NCBI GenBank assembly: GCA_027064005.1
Contig: JAMOQM010000030.1
Location: forward strand, 1-58,680
DNA from: Candidatus Cloacimonadota bacterium
Lineage (GTDB): Bacteria > Cloacimonadota > Cloacimonadia > Cloacimonadales > JAMOQM01
Reading direction: 5' to 3'
Length of the DNA: 58,680 bases
Part shown: one piece after another, positions 1 to 10,353 of the stretch
Numbering within the stretch: the stretch's first letter is position 1
Layout: the number at the start of each line of letters is the position of its first letter
Notes under the pieces: generated by a model
Told to the model about the DNA's origin: nothing
The model's input: the letters and a program-made list of their open reading frames with translations, nothing else
Database searches by the model: none
Position numbers and translations under genes: made by a program

Positions 1-34
1 AAATCAGCAAAGCGACGATAGGAATCGTCGCCTT

Positions 35-2410
35 CTATTTCATCAAAAGGCATTTTTTGACATTAACGTCTTTTCCATCCACATTCAATTTATAAAAATA
101 AACACCGGAGCTGACATCTTGATTTTTATCGTTCTTTCCGTTCCAAATAAGAGAATGTTTTCCTTTTGGATATTTTTCATTAGTAAGAGTTTTGACTTTC
201 TGACCTTTGATATTGTAAATTGTCAAATCAACATCTCCTGATTTCGGTAAATCAAAAGAAATGGTGGTGCCGGAACCACGATTGGAAGGGGAATGGAACG
301 GGTTGGGGTAATTTGTTAGTTTATATTTTCCATTATTTATGACAAAATTATCATCATTCGCAATATTCGGATTCCATTCGTAAGCTCCCATATCTACTCC
401 GTTACCATAAATTCGAGGATTCCCGGCAAGGTCAAATTCAGGAAGTACGATTCCGTCCGGTAACTCTAAAGTCCCGGCATCAATACAAGGAGAATCTTCC
501 GAAAGAAAATATTGATTATCTGTAGAAATATTCCAAAGCGGATCTTCTCTTAAATTTCCTCCAAGCCAATTAATTTCATTATTACCGAAAAAATCATAAA
601 CTTGTCCGTTTCCTTCTTGAATAAGAGAATTCTTTATATTCAAAATATATGGGTATGATTCTGTAGAATTATTTTCCAATACTATTTGACGAGGCGTATT
701 TCCATAAATTATAGAATTATAAATATTCATAATGCTATTTTCTTGATAGCCAAAAATTGCCGCCCCCCTATCTGCCGATGATGAATTATCTCCAATTGTA
801 CAATTAATAATATTTATTTTAGAGTTCCAAGCCGTAGAAATTCCCCCTGCAGATTGTGGCCATAAATGACAATTATCATGACAATTATTTATTTCGCAAT
901 TAATCATTGTATATTCAGGAAAATCATGAGGATTATTTGAAATTACTCCGACAAACGCAATTGGTCTGGCATAGAAAGATGGATCAATATTAACCCATTG
1001 ATAATTTTTGATTATACGACAATTTGTTAATGTTATTTTTTCATTGCTAGTATCCCTGCTATTCCAAAACAATATTCCGCCATTATCGAAATTGTTTAAA
1101 AGATTGACATTGTTCAATTTAATATTTAACCGAGTGCTATAAATCTGTTCATTTTTGGTTTTTGAATTTTCGATATTGATGTTTTCAAGATTAACGTATT
1201 TAGATACTCCGGCAAATCTTTCAAAATCTATATTACCTAATATTATATTCTTTCCATTAATAAAATCGAGATTACGAAAAGTATAACTAAAATTACCTTC
1301 TTCATCAAGAATAAATCCTGAAAGTTCCTCAGCATCAATGACCGTATTTTGTACAGACTCACCAATAACTGAAACATATTCTTTGGCATGAATTGGTAAC
1401 CACTGATTATTAAGATTTTGAGAATATACTCCGTTTGATAGATATATTGTTCGATGATTTAGGCTATCAGATTTTATCATAGTTAAAGCGTGAGCAATTG
1501 TTTGAAAAGGGTCATCTATCGATAGACCTGAGTTGGAATCATCACCATCCGGAGAGACATAAATATCTTGTTCTATTTGTTCAAAATATGAATGTTGCAT
1601 ACTAAGGTTTATTAATTCCGGATGGATATTCCCAAATGGATCCATATGTGCTATATAATATATTGAGGGATTTGCTACCGTAAAAGTATCAACAATTACA
1701 TCAATAAAAGGAGTTTCTTCTCCTTTAAAAAAATCACTACAACAAGTCCCATAATTGTTATAGATATTACAAAGATTTTCATTATCAAAATATAATCTTG
1801 AATTATCAGATTGATTCATGCCGGCAACTCCAACTCCTCCTCCTTTAGTTCTGCTTTTATTATCATGAATAGAAACATCACTCAAGTAGGTTTTTGAGTC
1901 AAAAACAGAAATGCCACCTCCTATCCCCAGAGAAGTATTTTCTTTTACAACACAATCTGATATTTTTGTGATAGATAAAAAAATCAATATTCCTCCTCCA
2001 CATGCTGCAGTGGGAGTATCTTCAAATAGTTTTGTTCCTTTACCATGTTGCATCGTAAAACCTATAATATTAACCGAATCATTAAAAACAGGTTCTTGAC
2101 CCCAAATATATTCTTCTCTTACCTGAATGCAACTGTTTGTTTGATTACCATCAATAATAGTTGAATATTTGTAAGATTGATTTCCGGTTGTGAGAGTTAG
2201 ACTTCCAAGGGTTATTGATTTTTCTTGAATAATAATATTTTCAAAATATGTTCCGGGATAAACCAAAACCGTGTCATTATCAACAGCTTCATCTACTCCG
2301 GCTTGAATATTTGTAAAATCACCTGTCCCGTCTTGTTTTATTTCATAAGTTGTTGAATAAAGAAAAGAATAAAAAACAATGGTGAATATGATTAATATTT
2401 TTGATTTCAT
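35..2410 (-). CDS. Secreted right-handed beta-helix repeat protein with T9SS (Por) C-terminal sorting domain
   Basis: 791-aa ORF with a hydrophobic N-terminal signal (MKSKILIIFTIVFYSFLY). Beta-helix cap-like motifs (DTVLVYPGTYFENI, TIYLSNGVYSQ) and many Asn/Gly-rich turns. The C-terminal ~80 aa (NYPNPF...GVYFYKLNVDGK...K) fit the type-A T9SS CTD pattern, as in 2542..4173 and 14523..16895. Confidence 0.6.
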   Translation of the reverse strand: MKSKILIIFTIVFYSFLYSTTYEIKQDGTGDFTNIQAGVDEAVDNDTVLVYPGTYFENIIIQEKSITLGSLTLTTGNQSYKYSTIIDGNQTNSCIQVREEYIWGQEPVFNDSVNIIGFTMQHGKGTKLFEDTPTAACGGGILIFLSITKISDCVVKENTSLGIGGGISVFDSKTYLSDVSIHDNKSRTKGGGVGVAGMNQSDNSRLYFDNENLCNIYNNYGTCCSDFFKGEETPFIDVIVDTFTVANPSIYYIAHMDPFGNIHPELINLSMQHSYFEQIEQDIYVSPDGDDSNSGLSIDDPFQTIAHALTMIKSDSLNHRTIYLSNGVYSQNLNNQWLPIHAKEYVSVIGESVQNTVIDAEELSGFILDEEGNFSYTFRNLDFINGKNIILGNIDFERFAGVSKYVNLENINIENSKTKNEQIYSTRLNIKLNNVNLLNNFDNGGILFWNSRDTSNEKITLTNCRIIKNYQWVNIDPSFYARPIAFVGVISNNPHDFPEYTMINCEINNCHDNCHLWPQSAGGISTAWNSKINIINCTIGDNSSSADRGAAIFGYQENSIMNIYNSIIYGNTPRQIVLENNSTESYPYILNIKNSLIQEGNGQVYDFFGNNEINWLGGNLREDPLWNISTDNQYFLSEDSPCIDAGTLELPDGIVLPEFDLAGNPRIYGNGVDMGAYEWNPNIANDDNFVINNGKYKLTNYPNPFHSPSNRGSGTTISFDLPKSGDVDLTIYNIKGQKVKTLTNEKYPKGKHSLIWNGKNDKNQDVSSGVYFYKLNVDGKDVNVKKCLLMK

Positions 2411-2493
2411 AAATTCTCCTTAAATTTAAGAACATTCTAAATGATCAAAGATCTTTCAAATTTTCATAATTTCCCTGAATCATTTTTTTAAAT

Positions 2494-2532
2494 ACCCATT
2501 CGAAATCCGGTAATACCGAAACTTCCGAATGG
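2494..2532 (-). terminator. Hairpin just downstream of the stop of 2542..4173 (possible terminator)
   Basis: 8-bp stem cccattcg/cgaatggg with an inner cggta-a-taccg stem, ~10 nt after the stop codon. The U-tract is clean only on the plus strand, so assignment is uncertain. Confidence 0.25.
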
Positions 2533-2541
2533 GGGTTATTT

Positions 2542-4173
2542 TTATTTCAGCATTAAAAGTTTACTTATAACCGATTCATTTATAGTTTTAATTTGATAAA
2601 AATATATTCCTGAACCTACGTTATTACTATTATCATCTTTCCCTGTCCAAATTACAGAATGTACTCCTTTTGATAGCAATTCATTTTTTAGTGTTTTTAC
2701 TTTTTGCCCCTTTATATTAAATATGGAAATTTTTACATTTTCAGCTTTCGGTAACTCAAAAGAAATTGTGGTTCCTAAACTACGACTGCTTCCAGACAGT
2801 TTGAAAGGATTGGGATAACAACTATGTTTTAAGATTTTATTTATTTCCGGATGAAGATTCTCCCGTTTAACCAATTTTACAATTGAATATTCTTGATGTC
2901 CCGGAATAATATGGTTATCTGTAAAAATTCCGGTATTTTTTTCATAGACTTTATAGTTAGAAACTATTTTATTACTTCTCCCGGTAACAACTTCAAAAGT
3001 AAATTCGCTCTCATTTCTATTCATTCGATCGGAATACACAAGAATCTGTTCGGAATTCTCATCGACTTTTACTCCACCCACACAAACATCATTTTCAAAG
3101 ACTCCGATTTCTTGAATTTCAGGATCAATATCAACGACATCAATTACTTCATAATCCGCTTTTTTAGTATAAGAAAAATTATCAGGTTCTTTCTTTACAT
3201 AATTTTTAGATCGGGAAGTTTGATCAAGATGCCATTGGAAATTCGGTATTCCCGCTTTCAAGTACACATAATATCCTTCGCCATAATGCAGTGGTTTTAA
3301 TTTGGCACTCGGAAGAATTTCCGGATCAGTAACGCCTCTTTCATTTTCCATCTTATCAAAATACCAATTTTCCGATTTTATTTTTTCGACTTTATCCCAA
3401 TTATCTCCAAAAGCTACATCTATCATTTCACTATGTGGCAACCAATAACCTATCCAATACCAACCTGCATTTAAACTTATCGTTGTTGTCGGAGATAAAA
3501 CGGTTCCGGTTGCTATATAAATTCTATTGTTTGGGGGAAGAAATTGAAATTTTTCACCGTCACTGCTCTTTAAGTTAGCATCGGCATTATGCCAACTAGT
3601 ATTATTTTTTTGCAAGTATCCAAAATTTCCCAAACTTTCAAATTTTGTAAAATCATTAGGAATCATACTCATAAAGATAGGGACAGCGAGAACCGGATTA
3701 TTATTCTCCCTATCCAATTTTGGAAAAGATTCCCAATTCCAACCGGGATGTAATAATTTGTTATCAAAACAAAATTCTATATCACTATTTTCGTAACAAT
3801 CAGTTTCGTTATTATAAGTGTAATTAGTGGTTGAATTAAGCGTATAAGTTTCATTTGCTACTCCGTTAGCAGTTACTTCAACATGACAAGCATCAATATT
3901 ATTTTGAATTGCGCCGTAATAAAAATCTTCAAATAAAACAGCATTCCAGCCTTTGGTTAAATTTACATTTTGACTTCTCAAAGTTATATTATAATCGCTT
4001 ACAATATTTACGATTGCATTATTGATAGGAATATTGGAATATATGTAATATTTCACATTATCAGGATTTAAAAAAGCTCTAACTATTAATTCTTGATTTG
4101 CAAATAGAAAGGTTGATAAAAAAAACAAGATAAAAAGGATAAGGGTATTTTTAATTATAGTACGTAAAAACAT
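2542..4173 (-). CDS. Secreted protein of unknown function with T9SS C-terminal sorting domain
   Basis: 543-aa ORF with an N-terminal signal/TM (LILFILFFLSTFLFA). C-terminal CYPNPF...GIYFYQIKT...LMLK matches the same CTD pattern as 35..2410. Confidence 0.5.
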   Translation of the reverse strand: MFLRTIIKNTLILFILFFLSTFLFANQELIVRAFLNPDNVKYYIYSNIPINNAIVNIVSDYNITLRSQNVNLTKGWNAVLFEDFYYGAIQNNIDACHVEVTANGVANETYTLNSTTNYTYNNETDCYENSDIEFCFDNKLLHPGWNWESFPKLDRENNNPVLAVPIFMSMIPNDFTKFESLGNFGYLQKNNTSWHNADANLKSSDGEKFQFLPPNNRIYIATGTVLSPTTTISLNAGWYWIGYWLPHSEMIDVAFGDNWDKVEKIKSENWYFDKMENERGVTDPEILPSAKLKPLHYGEGYYVYLKAGIPNFQWHLDQTSRSKNYVKKEPDNFSYTKKADYEVIDVVDIDPEIQEIGVFENDVCVGGVKVDENSEQILVYSDRMNRNESEFTFEVVTGRSNKIVSNYKVYEKNTGIFTDNHIIPGHQEYSIVKLVKRENLHPEINKILKHSCYPNPFKLSGSSRSLGTTISFELPKAENVKISIFNIKGQKVKTLKNELLSKGVHSVIWTGKDDNSNNVGSGIYFYQIKTINESVISKLLMLK

Positions 4174-4523
4174 TTTTGTTTCTCTTTTATGATTATGTTA
4201 AAGTTATTTTTTTGATTTTGAAAATTAACGAAATATCTTTTATGAAAACATAACCTCCAAAATCTCATTGTTACTCCCTATAATTTTAATTATTTGCAAA
4301 TTTACGGTTGAGAAAATAAGAGTCAACATCTTTTTTTAAGAGGTTAATTATTTCTATAAATTTAAAGAAAACTTACAACAAACTTTCACGGACAGACACA
4401 AAAATGTAGAGACAAGGTAATCTTATCTCTACAATATTAATTTTCTGTCAATGGCAATTAAATCCGGTACAGTTTTGGAAGTCAAAACCGGTACACTTTA
4501 TTGTGTCATTTTATAATGCCGTT

Positions 4524-4558
4524 AAAAAAAAAGAAAACCTCTTAATCTAAGAGGTTTT
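4524..4558 (-). terminator. Rho-independent terminator after trxB
   Basis: Stem aaaacctc/gaggtttt (4535-4542 / 4551-4558). On the minus strand it is followed by a run of T (plus-strand A-run 4524-4534). It lies ~55 nt downstream of the trxB stop. Confidence 0.6.
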
Positions 4559-4613
4559 CGCTAAAATACAATGTTACGTCAGGTTTTTAATTTAGTAAAT
4601 TTACATACATTAA

Positions 4614-5540
4614 TTATTTTGATTGCAGATATTCTATCGCACTCAAAGCGGCAATAGTTCCATCCGAAACAGCTGTTGTAACCTGTCTAAATTTCTTTTG
4701 AATAACATCTCCAGCCGCAAAAACGCCATCGACATTAGTTTTCATATTTGAATCGACAATTATCTCATTTCGTTCATTAACACTAATTTCATCTTTAAAT
4801 TTATCAACATTTGGAATATATCCAATATAAATGAAAACACCATCTGTAGTAATTTCTTTAATCTCAGCAGTATTTTTATCTTGATATTTAACACCGGAAA
4901 GATGATTCTCTCCCAAAAATCCTTTCACGTCTGCGTTAAGGATAAATGATATTTTTTCATTATTTGTTGCTTCATAAATGGCTTTTTCGTGTGCTTGAAA
5001 ATTATCAAATTGATGCAAAATAGTTATTGATTTCACCCATTTTGTTAACGAAACAGCTTCTTCCAAAGCGGAATTTCCACCACCAATTACAACGACATCT
5101 TTATCTGTATAAAAATCTCCGTCGCAAGTAGCACAATAAGATATTCCTAAACCTTTGAATTTTTCTTCGTTGGAAACCCCAAGTGTACGAGGTTTCCCAC
5201 CGGTTGCGATAACAATTACATCGGCGGTGAAAACTTCATCATCATCAATTTCTACCATTTTTTTTGAAGATTTTAAATCCAATTTTGTGATTTCCACATT
5301 AGACTCAATTTTACACCCAAAAGATTTTGCTTGTTCTTTCATTATTTGTGAAATATTGCGTCCGCTATCTTCTAAAACTCCGGGATAATTAGCAACAGCG
5401 TGAGTTAAAACCATCTGTCCGCCAATTGATCCTTCGTTAATAATCAAAGTTTTTAAATTAGCTCTGGAGAGGTAAATTCCGGCGGTTAATCCTGCCGGAC
5501 CACCACCGAGAACGATTGCATCAAAGTGAGTTACATCCAT
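4614..5540 (-). CDS. trxB: Thioredoxin-disulfide reductase family flavoprotein (NADPH motif absent)
   Basis: 308 aa. FAD fold VLGGGPAG, redox centre ISYCATCDG, second dinucleotide fold GGGNSALEEA. The position of the HRRxxxR NADPH motif reads HQFDNFQA (nt 4992-5015). Confidence 0.85.
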   Translation of the reverse strand: MDVTHFDAIVLGGGPAGLTAGIYLSRANLKTLIINEGSIGGQMVLTHAVANYPGVLEDSGRNISQIMKEQAKSFGCKIESNVEITKLDLKSSKKMVEIDDDEVFTADVIVIATGGKPRTLGVSNEEKFKGLGISYCATCDGDFYTDKDVVVIGGGNSALEEAVSLTKWVKSITILHQFDNFQAHEKAIYEATNNEKISFILNADVKGFLGENHLSGVKYQDKNTAEIKEITTDGVFIYIGYIPNVDKFKDEISVNERNEIIVDSNMKTNVDGVFAAGDVIQKKFRQVTTAVSDGTIAALSAIEYLQSK

Positions 5541-5551
5541 TTTAACTCCCG

Positions 5552-5896
5552 TTATTTTGCAAAATACTCATCTAAAATTGTTTTAACTTGTTTTTTATTT
5601 TGAATACTGGTTGTTGCTTTAACCGCTTCACCATTTTTATAATAAAAGGTGAAAGGTAATCCCATAAATGTTCTAGCTAAAGGATGATTTCGAATAACGT
5701 GTGCGTGAGGAGCATCAAATTCCATATCATAGAATTTTACGTGCGGATATTTTTCTTCAAGATTTTCCATAATATCATAAACAGGTAAACACATTGGTCC
5801 CATTCTTCCACAGCAAACCATTACATTTTCATTGTTATTGATAATCTCATTAAATTGTTCTTCACTTTCAATATGTTTTAAATTTGTTCTTAACAT
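5552..5896 (-). CDS. Thioredoxin-fold protein with atypical active-site region
   Basis: 114 aa, Trx-like length and layout, stop 11 nt upstream of the trxB start. The active-site region reads VCCGRMGPMC instead of WCGPC. Confidence 0.6.
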   Translation of the reverse strand: MLRTNLKHIESEEQFNEIINNNENVMVCCGRMGPMCLPVYDIMENLEEKYPHVKFYDMEFDAPHAHVIRNHPLARTFMGLPFTFYYKNGEAVKATTSIQNKKQVKTILDEYFAK

Positions 5897-6155
5897 CTTT
5901 TACTCCTAATTTTTTAATAATAATATCAATATAACGATTTATTTGACACTAACAAATTTTAATTTAATCTCACAGTGAATTTTTCAAATCTCTTTTTTAA
6001 ATTGGAATTACTTTTTTGAAGAAAAAAATGTCATCCTCGAATAAATTGAATAATCGGAAAAGATTAGTAATACCATAAAAGACAAAAGCTTCTTCATTTA
6101 TTATGCTAAGAAACTCTTGTCTTTAAAAAAATAAAATTTATGAAGGAATATCTTC

Positions 6156-9149
6156 TTAAAAATCTTGCATTAAATTCATATAATAAGTTGGACTGCTTTG
6201 GCTAACAAAATTTACTTTCCAAGCCACATCCAAATGTAAAATAAACATTCCGAGATTCATTCTTGGACCGAAGCCAATTCCCATTTTTAAATCTTTCAAT
6301 TCCCCATTTTCCGAAAATCTCAGGTTTTTATCTTTATCCCAAAGAGCACCCATATCTGTGAAAATACCCCCCCGAATATTTGTCAAAGTGATTGGCAGAG
6401 GAAAACCCATTTTTAAAACATCAATAAAAGGATAACGTAATTCCAAAGTTAATAGCATTTTTTTTCTCTTCTCAATTTCTTTGGAATAACCTCTCACACC
6501 GTTAAATCCGTCTAATCTGAAAGTTTGTGGATTTTTCCCAAAACTTCCTCCGAGAATTAATCTTGAAGCAAACGAATATCTCTTTTCAAATAATTTATAA
6601 AATCTCGAATCGGAATAAATAGTACTGTAACCGTAATTTTCTCTGGAAAAACTTTTTGATAATTGGATAAAAGAACGCCATCCGTCAATCGGACCGGTTA
6701 TCCCATAAATAGTATTATCGTGAACCAAACTAATTGCCGGTTCAAATAAATAATCTTTTTCTTTCTCAATATTGTGCCAAATCCCATAATAGGTATCCCA
6801 ATAATCCCAATACATTTCTCGTGAATATAGCAAAAACTGTGTATCCGCTCGCCAAAATTTATTGAACGGATATCGAAGCATTCCATAAAGTCCAAATTTA
6901 ATATCTTTGCTGCGAAAATATTCATACTGATTATTAATAGTATAGCGGTAAATCGTCTCGTCAGAAGTATGAATCAGACCAATTCCATAATCAATTCGAT
7001 TGGCAAGATACAAATAATTTATGATAATATTTGAATCTTTCAGCTTTCCGTTAATATCAGTTCGCAAAGCAAAAGCGTTGTTGCCTAACAAATCGCTCAT
7101 ACTCAATTGAAGCATTCCAATCGTTCCGGCACCGGAATTATAGGCAAGACCACCCATAAACTGATCAAGATGATAGCGTGGTTTATAAGCAAATTTGCGA
7201 GGAATATTAATTTTATTTTGTTTTTTATCGTTGAGCTTTGAATTAGCATAAAATAAAGAATCCTGAGTAATATCCATATCGAATCTACTTCTTTTTTTTG
7301 GATGATAGATGCGGATTTTTCTAGCTTTTTTTTGAGCTTTTTCCGCTTGGATATCTCGTCCGACATATTTATATCGATCTAAAGAATACCGCTGATAAAA
7401 GTTATCGTTAAAATCAACAAAATGAGGATCATCATATTTTCTCCAATCTAAATTTTTTTTCAAATCCGTATCCAAATAAATATCCCAACCGTTATCATAA
7501 AAAACCGAATAAAGAATTTTATTTTTATGACAATCAGCATCCAAAACTCCGGTTAAAAAATTAGTGAGTTTAGCTCGAGTAGAATTTTTCAAATTAATAA
7601 TATCATAATTAATAAAATCGTGTGCTTCCGTAATAAAAGCGAGTGAATCTCCAACCCAGAAAGATGAATGGTTGTCTTCTTTATCGAAAGTAATTTGCGA
7701 GAATTGTTTTAATTTCAGATTATAAATATAAATTTGTTTTGAAAGGTCATAAAAGATATGATTCTCATTTTCATACTTTGAAGGTCTTTCGCCGGTAAAA
7801 GAGATTTCATCATCATTTTTTGACCATTTTGGCTGAGATTCTTCATAAAAATCATTGGTGATTTGAGAGATTTTTTTTGTTTGAAGGTTATAAATAAACA
7901 AATTAACCTGATCATTTTTTTGAGCAGAAAACGCAATTTTATTCCCATCATGAGAAATATCCATTTCATAAATTGAAGTGAAGTTTGGAAAATCTATTAC
8001 GTTTGTAATTTCTTTTTTAAAAGTATTGAAAAAATATATTCTATCATTTTTAAAATTAGAAGCAACAAAAGCAATAGTAACATTATCCGGCAACCAGCAA
8101 AGTTCATTTCTATTATAGTGAAAACTTTCGAAATCAGGGGTAGTTTCACCTTTCAAAATCATTTTAGGTTTAATTAAATTGTAAGCATCTCCAAGCCAGA
8201 TACTTGTATGCATTTTCCGATTTGAAAAATATACATATTTCTTACCATTTGGTGAAAATTTCGGAGCAAAATTAAAAGTTGAGCCGTCTTCTTCATGATT
8301 AGTTAATCTTTGAGTTTTTTCATAAGGAAAAGAATAATTCGCTATTTCAGGTAAAAATCTTTTCTTCAAAGAATCTCGCCATCTTCTTTGAATTTCCTTA
8401 AATTTCATTCCAAAAACTTTTTCGCAATTGATATCAAGATTATGATTAGTTCGCGTATTAAAGTAAAATTCCATCACCTTTTTCCGACTATATGTTTTTT
8501 TCAAATAAACTAAAAAAGACTCACCCATTCGATAAGCATAAAATCCGCCAATCGCAGATAAATCATAAAGGTGATTATTTAGCGTCATATCCTGAAGATA
8601 CATCTCATTTTCTTTTTTCGTTCCGCCCACGGATTCATATTCGGGCAAACCTTCTTGAAACCAAAAAGGCAAAGAATTTAAGGAAGAATTAAAAAATTTA
8701 TTTCCGACAATTCCTGTATTCAAATCATTTATATAAGCATGTGTCATTTCGTGAGTCAAAACTTCTTCCAATTTTTTATAACTGCCATCAAAAGGAACAA
8801 CCACGCGGTTTTGTGATTTTTCTGTAAATCCGGCAACGCCTTCCGAAAGAATCGGATAAATGATATTTGTTGTAGAAAACTCACGTTGGGAATTATAAAA
8901 TATTATTGGAATACGATGTTGAATGGGAATTTTAAAATCTTTATTTAAATAATAATAGGTATTTTCAGACATCAAAGCGGCAATTTTCCCAAAATCATCA
9001 TTACCCTTTTTATAATAAACATCAAAGTGTTTTGTTTCCAATCTTGTCCAATTGACTTTTTTAGGTTGAATTTTATTTGTTCCAAAAGAAAATCCGAACA
9101 CTGAACATACATAAATTATTACGATTACACTGAGAATTATTTTTTTCAT
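6156..9149 (-). CDS. Large outer-membrane protein: HExxH metalloprotease-like N-domain + PD40/TolB-like propeller + Omp85-like C-terminal barrel
   Basis: 997 aa with a signal peptide. HEMTH at nt 8739-8753. PD40-like repeats (FSPNGKKYVYFS, ISHDGNKIAFSA, PKWSKNDDEISF). C-terminal alternating beta-strand pattern ending ...NLMQDF (terminal aromatic residue typical of OMPs). Paralog of 10405..13338. Confidence 0.5.
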   Translation of the reverse strand: MKKIILSVIVIIYVCSVFGFSFGTNKIQPKKVNWTRLETKHFDVYYKKGNDDFGKIAALMSENTYYYLNKDFKIPIQHRIPIIFYNSQREFSTTNIIYPILSEGVAGFTEKSQNRVVVPFDGSYKKLEEVLTHEMTHAYINDLNTGIVGNKFFNSSLNSLPFWFQEGLPEYESVGGTKKENEMYLQDMTLNNHLYDLSAIGGFYAYRMGESFLVYLKKTYSRKKVMEFYFNTRTNHNLDINCEKVFGMKFKEIQRRWRDSLKKRFLPEIANYSFPYEKTQRLTNHEEDGSTFNFAPKFSPNGKKYVYFSNRKMHTSIWLGDAYNLIKPKMILKGETTPDFESFHYNRNELCWLPDNVTIAFVASNFKNDRIYFFNTFKKEITNVIDFPNFTSIYEMDISHDGNKIAFSAQKNDQVNLFIYNLQTKKISQITNDFYEESQPKWSKNDDEISFTGERPSKYENENHIFYDLSKQIYIYNLKLKQFSQITFDKEDNHSSFWVGDSLAFITEAHDFINYDIINLKNSTRAKLTNFLTGVLDADCHKNKILYSVFYDNGWDIYLDTDLKKNLDWRKYDDPHFVDFNDNFYQRYSLDRYKYVGRDIQAEKAQKKARKIRIYHPKKRSRFDMDITQDSLFYANSKLNDKKQNKINIPRKFAYKPRYHLDQFMGGLAYNSGAGTIGMLQLSMSDLLGNNAFALRTDINGKLKDSNIIINYLYLANRIDYGIGLIHTSDETIYRYTINNQYEYFRSKDIKFGLYGMLRYPFNKFWRADTQFLLYSREMYWDYWDTYYGIWHNIEKEKDYLFEPAISLVHDNTIYGITGPIDGWRSFIQLSKSFSRENYGYSTIYSDSRFYKLFEKRYSFASRLILGGSFGKNPQTFRLDGFNGVRGYSKEIEKRKKMLLTLELRYPFIDVLKMGFPLPITLTNIRGGIFTDMGALWDKDKNLRFSENGELKDLKMGIGFGPRMNLGMFILHLDVAWKVNFVSQSSPTYYMNLMQDF

Positions 9150-9164
9150 TACTTTACCTCATTT

Positions 9165-10067
9165 TTAGAAAAGACCGATTTTGAAATATTTTTTAGGATT
9201 CTTTTTTACATCGATTAGAAGGGAATCCAGCCGAGCAGAAGAATTGAGAAGATTATTGTATAATTCCTTATCATTTATAACTTTATATAAAGTACCATCT
9301 GAAGATTTCACAACTTTAGTCAAATCATGAACTTCATCAATAAATTCATTTAACTCATCAAAAGAAATCTGAGCTTTAGTTAAAGACGAATCTGTTTTTG
9401 TTAAAATCCCATTAATCGAACCTTTGTTTTCCTCCAAAATTGATTTTAACAAATTTGAACTTTCATTTATATTTGAAAACGCATTTTGAATTGTTGAATC
9501 GTTAATTTTGAGAAAGTTAGAAATTTTATCAATTATTTTAAAATAGTTATCCGCCAATTTTTTAAATGAATCGAAAAAAACTGTTTGTTGGCTCATCATA
9601 TTCATCATCGAATTTAACTGAATAATCATTTCATTTAGATTTGCAATCAAAGTCGTGGAACCATAAACAACCTTCCCTTCTTGAATTTTATCTTTATTTA
9701 TTTCTTTTTTAGAATCTGATAATAAAATTTCAACTTCGCGTTCCCCCATCAAATTTGTTTCTTTGATAAAAAATTCGCTTTTTTCAGGAATAAATGTTTT
9801 TTTATTGATTTGCAAAGCGACTAAAACGCCGTCTTTTGCTAAAGATACTGATTTTACTTTCCCGGATTTCATTCCAAAAATTGTTACTGCACTTCCGGCT
9901 TCCAAATTGTTTGCATTCTTAAAATGAACAATTATCCCCTGTTTTTGATAAGAAGTAATGTAATCTTGCAACCAAGCATAACTGGCAATTAAAATTATTA
10001 TACTTACTAAAAATAAAATTCCTACGCGAGCTTGTATTTGTTTTTCATTCTTATAAAATTCAGACAT
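9165..10067 (-). CDS. MlaD/MCE-domain protein (lipid transport family)
   Basis: 300 aa with an N-terminal TM (VGILFLVSIIILIASYAW), then an MCE-like core (FKNANNLEAGSAVTIFGMKSGKVKSVSL...NLMGEREVEIL) and a long helical C-terminus. Stop is 15 nt upstream of the start of 6156..9149. Confidence 0.65.
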   Translation of the reverse strand: MSEFYKNEKQIQARVGILFLVSIIILIASYAWLQDYITSYQKQGIIVHFKNANNLEAGSAVTIFGMKSGKVKSVSLAKDGVLVALQINKKTFIPEKSEFFIKETNLMGEREVEILLSDSKKEINKDKIQEGKVVYGSTTLIANLNEMIIQLNSMMNMMSQQTVFFDSFKKLADNYFKIIDKISNFLKINDSTIQNAFSNINESSNLLKSILEENKGSINGILTKTDSSLTKAQISFDELNEFIDEVHDLTKVVKSSDGTLYKVINDKELYNNLLNSSARLDSLLIDVKKNPKKYFKIGLF

Positions 10068-10353
10068 TCTACATCCTTAATTTTTTTTTACCTAAATAAT
10101 TTATTCCTCTTGTTTACACAATATTTTTTTTAATTTTTATCAAATCCAAGCTTCTTTACTAAAAACAAGGTATATCATTTTAATATATCAAACGCAATGA
10201 GCAACTATCTATTTCTAAAAAAACAAAGATATTTTGGACAAATCCAAAACTCAGGAAGATTTTTAATGACAAAATTGGGTGTAAATTTTCTTTTAAAGTA
10301 AGTTAAATCATTAAAATGTTAATATTATATCAAAAAGATTTTTTTTAAATTAT

